From: Fidelibacterota bacterium | GTDB lineage: Bacteria > Fidelibacterota > UBA2242 > JAFGTP01 | Reading direction: 5' to 3' | DNA length: 64,000 nt | Assembly: GCA_016934035.1 (NCBI GenBank) | Contig: JAFGTP010000069.1 | Span: 6,073-70,072 of the forward strand | Part shown: piece by piece, positions 39,390 to 46,393 of the stretch | How positions within the stretch are numbered: the first letter of the stretch is position 1 | How the letters are laid out: each line of letters opens with the position of its first letter | Position numbers and translations under genes: made by a program | Notes under the pieces: generated by a model | Database searches by the model: none | Told to the model about the DNA's origin: nothing | The model's input: only the letters and a program-made list of their open reading frames with translations

Positions 39390-39417
39390 ATTTTTAACGG
39401 AGTTGGGCTATGAGTGA
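39385..39417 (+). pseudogene. Vestigial 3' end of a second (replaced) hsdM allele overlapping the hsdS start
   Basis: Frame 39385-39417 reads QTFLTELGYE-stop. The intact hsdM ends QFLHELGYE-stop (39236-39265). Nucleotide differences are mostly at synonymous positions. The relic stop TGA (39415-39417) lies 3 nt past the hsdS ATG (39410-39412). Confidence 0.55.
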
Positions 39418-40729
39418 GTGGAAAGAAAGTAAATTAAAAGAGGTAGTTGATATTCGGGTAAGTAATGTTGATAAAAAGATTTATCCAAATAAGAGTTTAG
39501 TTAAACTTTGTAATTACATGGATGTTTATAAAAATGATTACATATCTTCTAAAATATCATTTATAAATGGTTCAGCAGATAAAAATGAGATTTTACGATT
39601 TGGATTACAAATCAATGATGTAATTATTACTAAAGATTCTGAAACACCTGATGATATTGCAGTTTCTTCAGTCGTGTCTGAGAAAATTGAGAATCTTGTT
39701 TGTGGTTATCATTTGGCAATTCTTAGACCGAATCAGGATGAAGTTGATGGCAGATTTTTAATGTTTATGTTCAAGTTACCAGCAATAAAAAACTATTTTT
39801 TTAGTGTAGCAAATGGTAGTACAAGATATGGGCTTACAATTGGAAATATTGAAAATGCTAAATTAAGGTTTCCACCCCTTCCCACCCAACGCCGCATCGC
39901 CCGCATCCTGTCCACCGCCGATGCGGTGATCGAAAAAACACAAGCCGCCATTGCCAAATACAAAGCCATCAAACAAGGCATGCTGCAGGATTTGTTTACC
40001 CGCGGCATCGACACCCAAACTAGCAAACTGCGCCCCAAATACCAAGACGCCCCGGAACTCTATAAAGAAAGCAAACTGGGCTGGATTCCGAAGGAGTGGG
40101 AAGTGGAAATATTTGGAGAACAAGTAGAATTAGTTCACGGTCATCAATTTAGAAATTATGATTTTACAGAATTTGGTTTTCCTATTGTTAAGATAGGACA
40201 AGTAAAACCTGAAAATTTAAATTTAAGTGATTGTTCATGCGTCTCTTTTGATAGGATAGATGAATTTATAAATGAGATTATTGGTAACGGCGATGTGCTT
40301 ATGGCTCTTACAGGAGCCACACTTGGAAAGGCTTGTTTAGTGCATGGTCTGAATGGAATAGTACTTCAAAACTATCGTGTTGGTAGGTTTGAACCAAAAA
40401 TTAGAGAAAAAGATATTGATAAAACATTCCTATACTACATATTAATTGCTGGTGAACTACTGAATCAAATTTTCAGCAAAGTAAATTCTGGTGCACAAGG
40501 CAATATTGGTAAAGCAGATTTTGAGAAGGCAACTTTCAAAAAACCTAAATTCAACGAGCAACTACTAATTGCTCAAAGATTGCAATCAATCGATAATAAA
40601 ATCCAAACCGAACAAACCTACCTGCACAAATTGCAGCAGATAAAAGCCGGTTTAATGGCTGATTTGCTCAATGGGAAGAAAGAAGTAATTATAACTGATC
40701 AAGAAATTTTAACAGAAAGAAATAATTAA
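39410..40729 (+). CDS. hsdS: Type I restriction-modification system specificity subunit HsdS (two TRDs + two conserved repeats)
   Basis: 439 aa. The conserved central region is ..LRFPPLPTQRRIARILSTADAVIEKTQAAIAKYKAIKQGMLQDLFTRGI.. The C-terminal repeat is ..EQLLIAQRLQSIDNKIQTEQTYLHKLQQIKAGLMADLLNGK.. Confidence 0.9.
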   Translation: MSEWKESKLKEVVDIRVSNVDKKIYPNKSLVKLCNYMDVYKNDYISSKISFINGSADKNEILRFGLQINDVIITKDSETPDDIAVSSVVSEKIENLVCGYHLAILRPNQDEVDGRFLMFMFKLPAIKNYFFSVANGSTRYGLTIGNIENAKLRFPPLPTQRRIARILSTADAVIEKTQAAIAKYKAIKQGMLQDLFTRGIDTQTSKLRPKYQDAPELYKESKLGWIPKEWEVEIFGEQVELVHGHQFRNYDFTEFGFPIVKIGQVKPENLNLSDCSCVSFDRIDEFINEIIGNGDVLMALTGATLGKACLVHGLNGIVLQNYRVGRFEPKIREKDIDKTFLYYILIAGELLNQIFSKVNSGAQGNIGKADFEKATFKKPKFNEQLLIAQRLQSIDNKIQTEQTYLHKLQQIKAGLMADLLNGKKEVIITDQEILTERNN

Positions 40730-40730
40730 A

Positions 40731-42449
40731 ATGACCAATATTTCAAGTGGTTTAAAGTCAATAAACGAACTTCTGAATTACGATTTTTTCATACCTTACT
40801 ATCAACGTGGCTTTCGTTGGGATAACAACCAGGTAAATGATCTTTTAAATGACATTTATGATTTCTATAAAAAGAAGAAATTATCAGAAAATGAGTTCTA
40901 TTGTTTACAACCCATTGTTGTTACACCAACTGATGGGAAATATACTTTAATCGATGGACAGCAACGTCTAACGACTATTTATATTATCATGGCTGTGTTA
41001 GATGAAGTGATGAGAATGTTAGGCAAAACCAAGTTTTCACTTGAATATCAAACCAGAGAAGATAGCGAAGTGTTTCTTAAAGACATCGACTACATAAAAA
41101 GAGATGATAATATAGATTACTTCCACATGTGCCAAGCTAAAGAAACGATTGAAGATTGGTTTTCAAAAAAAGACGGTGGGGTAAAAGTAAATCTTTTAAA
41201 CACACTCTTAAATGAAGAAGGAAATAATGTTCGGATTATATGGTATGAAGTTGATAGTACGATCGATCCAATTAATCTTTTTACCAATTTAAATATGGGG
41301 AAAATACCTCTGACAAACGCAGAATTGATTAAGGCTCTTTTTCTGAATAGAGATAATTTTATTGATGAGAAAAATGAGAAAGCCAAACAATTACGCCAAC
41401 TTGAAATTGCGTCCGATTGGGACAGAATAGAACAAACGTTGCGAGAAGAGGAATTTTGGTATTTTCTACAAGATGACAATAATCATTATGATAATCATAT
41501 AGAAATTATCTTCGACCTAATCTCAGAAAATATGGTTAAAAGAGGCACAAAAGAACATTACGACAAATATTATACATTTAGATTTTTCCATGAAAAATTT
41601 AAACAAAAATCAGATATTGAAGAAAATTGGAAGGAAATTAAAAATTATTTTCAAACCTTTAGAGACTGGTTTAAAAATAAAGAACTTTACCATTTAATTG
41701 GATTTTTAATTACTACGGATGTTAGTTTGAAATATCTGTATGAAGAATCAAAAATACACACGAAGAAAGAATTTAAAAAGTTTTTAATAGAAGCAGTAAA
41801 AAAACAAATTAGTTCAGTTAAAATAGAAGAACTCACATATCAGGAAGATAAAAGTGTTTTAAGAAATGTTCTCTTACTATTTAATATTGTGACTATTTTA
41901 CAAAATGAAAAAACTAATTTGAGATTCCAATTCGGAAGATACAAAAACGAAAATTGGGATATAGAACATATTCACGCTGTAAAATCGGAGATGCCCACTT
42001 CAAGAGTTGAGCAATTAGACTGGCTGAGGCAAGTTAAGGATTATACTGATGATTCAGATTTGCTCAAGCAAGTGACCGATTATCTGGAAACTCAAGCGCA
42101 AGATAGAAAATATGATTTTGAAGAACTGTACGATTTAGTAATAAAAAAATATAGCGAAGAAGGAAGAGATGAAGATATTAATGATATTTCAAATCTTACT
42201 TTACTCGATTCGGGAACAAACCGTGGATATAAAAATGCTGTATTTCCAATTAAAAGGAAAACAATTATCGAAAAGGATGAGACCGGCACATTTATTCCCC
42301 TCTGTACAAAAAATGTATTTCTTAAATATTATACAAGAAAGCTGGAACAGATGAGTCTATTGGGAAAAGAAGACAGAATGGCATATAAAACAATTCTTGT
42401 GAAAACTATAAATGATTTTTTAAACCTTAACAATAAAACAGAAGAATAA
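40731..42449 (+). CDS. GmrSD-family protein (N-terminal DUF262 ParB-like NTPase domain + C-terminal DUF1524 His-Me-finger nuclease domain)
   Basis: 572 aa. DUF262 motifs are FIPYYQRGFRW, LIDGQQRLTT (40953-) and FTNLNMGKIPLTNAELIKA. DUF1524-like motifs are NWDIEHIHA (about 41955-41978) and NLTLLDSGTNRGYKN. The ATG lies 1 nt after the hsdS stop. Confidence 0.8.
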   Translation: MTNISSGLKSINELLNYDFFIPYYQRGFRWDNNQVNDLLNDIYDFYKKKKLSENEFYCLQPIVVTPTDGKYTLIDGQQRLTTIYIIMAVLDEVMRMLGKTKFSLEYQTREDSEVFLKDIDYIKRDDNIDYFHMCQAKETIEDWFSKKDGGVKVNLLNTLLNEEGNNVRIIWYEVDSTIDPINLFTNLNMGKIPLTNAELIKALFLNRDNFIDEKNEKAKQLRQLEIASDWDRIEQTLREEEFWYFLQDDNNHYDNHIEIIFDLISENMVKRGTKEHYDKYYTFRFFHEKFKQKSDIEENWKEIKNYFQTFRDWFKNKELYHLIGFLITTDVSLKYLYEESKIHTKKEFKKFLIEAVKKQISSVKIEELTYQEDKSVLRNVLLLFNIVTILQNEKTNLRFQFGRYKNENWDIEHIHAVKSEMPTSRVEQLDWLRQVKDYTDDSDLLKQVTDYLETQAQDRKYDFEELYDLVIKKYSEEGRDEDINDISNLTLLDSGTNRGYKNAVFPIKRKTIIEKDETGTFIPLCTKNVFLKYYTRKLEQMSLLGKEDRMAYKTILVKTINDFLNLNNKTEE

Positions 42450-42450
42450 T

Positions 42451-44682
42451 ATGAGAAACATCGGTAAAAAAACCAGTTTTTTTGAGATATTTGATAAAGG
42501 AAATCAAAAAGTTGAAATCCCTATAATTCAGAGAGACTACGCACAAGGTAGGATTTCGGAAATCGAAGTGCGAATTAATTTTCTGAAGTCAATAAAAAAA
42601 AGTTTTGAATCTAATGAGCCAATACATCTTGACTTTATATATGGTAGTATTGAGAATAATGTTTTTATCCCGCTTGATGGTCAACAGCGATTAACTACTT
42701 TGTTTCTTTTGCACTGGTATTTAGCAGCAAGAGAAGAAAGATTAGAAGAATTCAATAAGATATTTAGAAAAGACAATGAGTCACGTTTTACTTATGAGAC
42801 CAGGATATCATCAAGAGAGTTTTGCAATGCTTTGGTATCAAATAAGATTGAATTTCCAAAGAGTAAAGATGAATTTATAAGTGAGATAATAAAGGACTCA
42901 TCCTGGTATTTCATGTCGTGGGATAACGACCCAACAATTTCTGCTATGCTCATCATGTTGGATTCAATACATAATCTGTTTTTTGATATAACTGATAAAT
43001 ATGACAAATTAATAGATCCTGGACAATTTATTAGTTTTCAGTTTATTGAGTTAAAAGATTTTGGTTTAAGCGATGAACTTTACATAAAAATGAATGCACG
43101 GGGTAAAGAGCTAACATATTTTGAAAACTTCAAAGCGAAATTTTCTAAAATCCTGGAGCAACAAGACAATGAGAACGGTACTTCTCTAAAGGATGAATTT
43201 TCAATTAAAATCGATACATGCTGGACAGATTTGTTTTGGCCCTTTAAGGATCCTTCAACAAATATTATAGATGATAAAATAATGAATCTGATCCGGGTTA
43301 TTATTACAAATTATTATTCACTCCGCGATGATGTTGATTTTCATGTAATAAATGAATTGACCAATAATAAAGTAAAATATTCATACTATAAATATGAAGA
43401 ACTAAGTTGTTTTGATGAGGTGACTAATAAATATATCATTGCTTATTTAAATTGCTTATTAGGAGAAAATAATGTATTTCGGTATTACTTGGAAGATAAG
43501 GGTTTAGTGGATGAGTTGGGAATATTTAAAAACGTTATTAACCATAATATATCATATCCAGTTAGAATTCAGTTTTACGCATTGTATCAATATTTAATTG
43601 AAGGATATTCAAAAGAACAATTGTTTGACTGGATGAGAGTCATAAGGAATTTGACAGAAAATACACGCATTGATGAAATAAAAGATTATATCGATGCTCT
43701 TAGATCTGTTAGTATGCTCCTTAACCAAAGTGAAAATATCCTTGAATACTTAACCGATAATAACAATGAAGTCAGTGGTTTTTCTACAATCCAGGTAAAA
43801 GAAGAAAGAATAAAGGCAATTCTATTATTAAGAGATGATAATTGGAGAGAAGCAATTATTGATATTGAGAATCATACCTATTTTTATGGTCAAATCGGTT
43901 TCTTACTGAATTTCTCCAAAATAGAAGATTACTTTGAAACAGACCATACGCTGAATTGGTCTGTAGATGAAAACGACAAATATTTTGAAGAATTTAAAAT
44001 TACTATCGATAAAGCGAAATCTGTATTTAATGAAAATGGTATTAATGACTTTAATGATTTTATTTTTGAACGGGCTTTACTAAGTATTGGTGATTATTTG
44101 TTGAGGAAAGGAAGTAACCGTAGTTTTGGAATAAATGGAAAAGAAAGAGATATTAGTTGGAAACGGTTACTCCGCGATAATGATAGAAGCCGTGATTACC
44201 TTAGAGTTCTTTTTTCGAAAATAAGCAGTGATTCTGTTTTTGATGATTTGAAAACTATTATTCAAAATTCAGATATAAATGATTGGAGAAGGTATTTTAT
44301 AGAATTTCCGGAACTTATATCAGTCTGCGGTTACAATAAATACATTAGGTTTAATAGTGAAAAAGACATATTACTTTTAGAAAAAACACAGACAAATGGT
44401 AGGCATAGGGAATATTACACTTACGCTCTTGCTACCCGGCTTAGGAAAGCTGAGAATTCAGTAAACTATATTAAAGGGTATTCTGTTGACCATTTTAAGT
44501 ATATCAAAAGGATAAATAATATTAGTGTAGATATCAAATTTGATTATTTTTATGATCGTGGCCGTTGTTATAAAATTGAATACAATAAAGAAGTGTACTT
44601 CTTTGATGACGATATTGAAATATTAGACTTCTTATTAAAAAATCAAATTATTAAAACTAATTCAACTTACGAGGGTAAGTAA
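42451..44682 (+). CDS. DUF262-domain protein with a large unassigned C-terminal region (divergent GmrSD-family paralog?)
   Basis: 743 aa. DUF262 motifs are EIPIIQRDYAQGR, PLDGQQRLTT (42676-) and YIKMNARGKELTYFENFKA. The C-terminal region of about 500 aa has no clear motif. Only a weak DIENH (43861-43875) plus LLSIGDYLLRKGSNRS trace is present. The ATG lies 1 nt after the upstream stop. Confidence 0.7.
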   Translation: MRNIGKKTSFFEIFDKGNQKVEIPIIQRDYAQGRISEIEVRINFLKSIKKSFESNEPIHLDFIYGSIENNVFIPLDGQQRLTTLFLLHWYLAAREERLEEFNKIFRKDNESRFTYETRISSREFCNALVSNKIEFPKSKDEFISEIIKDSSWYFMSWDNDPTISAMLIMLDSIHNLFFDITDKYDKLIDPGQFISFQFIELKDFGLSDELYIKMNARGKELTYFENFKAKFSKILEQQDNENGTSLKDEFSIKIDTCWTDLFWPFKDPSTNIIDDKIMNLIRVIITNYYSLRDDVDFHVINELTNNKVKYSYYKYEELSCFDEVTNKYIIAYLNCLLGENNVFRYYLEDKGLVDELGIFKNVINHNISYPVRIQFYALYQYLIEGYSKEQLFDWMRVIRNLTENTRIDEIKDYIDALRSVSMLLNQSENILEYLTDNNNEVSGFSTIQVKEERIKAILLLRDDNWREAIIDIENHTYFYGQIGFLLNFSKIEDYFETDHTLNWSVDENDKYFEEFKITIDKAKSVFNENGINDFNDFIFERALLSIGDYLLRKGSNRSFGINGKERDISWKRLLRDNDRSRDYLRVLFSKISSDSVFDDLKTIIQNSDINDWRRYFIEFPELISVCGYNKYIRFNSEKDILLLEKTQTNGRHREYYTYALATRLRKAENSVNYIKGYSVDHFKYIKRINNISVDIKFDYFYDRGRCYKIEYNKEVYFFDDDIEILDFLLKNQIIKTNSTYEGK

Positions 44683-44713
44683 AATTCCAGCTTCAAGAGA
44701 AAATATTTTATTC

Positions 44714-44746
44714 TTTGTCGTAAATATTTACTAAATTTGCGACAAA
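44714..44746. promoter_or_regulatory. Candidate operator / internal promoter region upstream of the AbiEi-like gene
   Basis: The inverted repeat tttgtcg (44714-44720) / cgacaaa (44740-44746) flanks the perfect palindrome TAAATATTTA (44721-44730). It sits in the only sizeable spacer (78 nt) inside the operon. Confidence 0.3.
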
Positions 44747-44760
44747 AATGGATACATAAA

Positions 44761-45390
44761 ATGCAAAAAAGCCTTGAAAAACAAATACTTACAAAATTCA
44801 AAAAAGCGGGACGGGGTACGCTCTTTTTCGCTGAAAATTTTCATTCACTTGGCAATACCAAAGCCGTCAATAAAACACTGGAGCGGCTGGTGGATAAGGG
44901 CGAGTTACTGCGTGTCGCAACCGGTATTTATGTCCGTCCCAAAAAAGATGCGGTTATTGGCATTATTACACCCGGAATTGAGGACATTGCCAAAGCCATT
45001 GCCAAAAGAGACCGCGCCCGAATTGTGCCCACCGGTATTTATGCCCTTAACAAACTGGGACTATCCACCCAGGTGCCTTTGAATATTGTGTACCTAACCG
45101 ATGGTGCTGCCCGGAAAATCAAGGTGGGGAAAAATACCATCACCTTTAAAAAAACCACACCCAAAAATGTTGCTGCTGTGGGAGAAATCAGCAAACTGGC
45201 TATTCAGGCGCTGCGCACGATAGGCAAAGACAATGTAACAAAAGCAGAAATAGAAAAAATTCAGACGCTGCTCAAAAAAGAAAAACCTACCCGCCTGGAA
45301 CAGGATATTCGTCTTGCCCCGGTGTGGATAAAAGAAATCATGAAACCCGTATTGGAAAATTTAACCAATGAATCAAAAAGCACTCAGTGA
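44761..45390 (+). CDS. AbiEi-like antitoxin / transcriptional regulator (DUF6088-type wHTH)
   Basis: About 209 aa from ATG 44761 (the track ORF begins at TTG 44737). ..AVNKTLERLVDKGELLRVATGIYVRP.. resembles the AbiEi N-terminal winged-helix. It overlaps the AbiEii-like gene by 23 nt. Confidence 0.6.
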   Translation: MQKSLEKQILTKFKKAGRGTLFFAENFHSLGNTKAVNKTLERLVDKGELLRVATGIYVRPKKDAVIGIITPGIEDIAKAIAKRDRARIVPTGIYALNKLGLSTQVPLNIVYLTDGAARKIKVGKNTITFKKTTPKNVAAVGEISKLAIQALRTIGKDNVTKAEIEKIQTLLKKEKPTRLEQDIRLAPVWIKEIMKPVLENLTNESKSTQ

Positions 45391-46381
45391 ATGGCTTAAA
45401 CTGCCGGACGAAACAAAAAAAAATATATTTACAGAGATCAGTAAAAAAACAGGACTGCCTGCCATTGCTGTAGAAAAGGACTGGTGGGTGGTCAAAACAC
45501 TGGAAGTGGTTTTTAATACGGATATTGCCGATCACACCGTGTTTAAAGGCGGCACATCATTAAGCAAAGCCTGGGGCCTCATCGAACGCTTTTCCGAAGA
45601 TATAGATCTGGCATTGGACAGGAAGTTTTTAGGTTTTGACAAAGAAATTACCGGCTCACAGGTAAAAAAACTGCGGCAGCATTCATTCAAGTTTATATCT
45701 GAAGAATATTATCCCAAATTAGAGGAAGCCTTTCATCATTACGGATTGACGGAAGTTGAATTGCAATTAACAGAACCTTCTGCCAATGACCAGGACCCGC
45801 TGATTATAGAAACGCACTATCCCGGACTTATCGAAAATTCAGACTACATTCATTCACGCGTCCTAATCGAAATAGGCAGCCGTTCACTAAAGGAACCATT
45901 TACCGTCAGGGAATTCAATACTATGGTGGGAGAACATTATCCGGATAAATCCTTTGCGGATTCTGTCATTTCTATACCTACCGTAAATCCGGAAAGAACA
46001 TTTCTGGAAAAAATCTTTCTGTTGCATGAAGAATTTCAAAAACCTTTAGACAGAATAAAGGTTGATCGTTTAAGCCGGCATCTGTATGATGTTGAAAAAC
46101 TGATGGATACCGAATATGCTGAAAAAGCCTTATCCGATCCAAATCTGTACAAACATCTTGTAGAACACAGACGAACCATGACACCGGTCAGGGGAATCGA
46201 TTATGCCTGTCACGCACCGACTAAAATAAATCCGGTTCCGCCTGATAATTTATTTAATGCTTGGAAAAAAGATTATTTACAAATGCAGGAAAATATGATT
46301 TATGGTGAATCCCTGCCGTTTGATAAACTTCTGGATAGAATTCGTGAGTTAAAAGAACGAATCAATAAAATAAAACTATAA
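45368..46381 (+). CDS. AbiEii/AbiGii-family nucleotidyltransferase toxin
   Basis: 337 aa. ..VFKGGTSLSKAWGLIERFSEDIDLAL.. is the hallmark NTase block of AbiEii-type toxins. RHLYDV lies in the C-terminal half. Confidence 0.8.
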   Translation: MNQKALSEWLKLPDETKKNIFTEISKKTGLPAIAVEKDWWVVKTLEVVFNTDIADHTVFKGGTSLSKAWGLIERFSEDIDLALDRKFLGFDKEITGSQVKKLRQHSFKFISEEYYPKLEEAFHHYGLTEVELQLTEPSANDQDPLIIETHYPGLIENSDYIHSRVLIEIGSRSLKEPFTVREFNTMVGEHYPDKSFADSVISIPTVNPERTFLEKIFLLHEEFQKPLDRIKVDRLSRHLYDVEKLMDTEYAEKALSDPNLYKHLVEHRRTMTPVRGIDYACHAPTKINPVPPDNLFNAWKKDYLQMQENMIYGESLPFDKLLDRIRELKERINKIKL

Positions 46382-46393
46382 GAGATAAAAATT

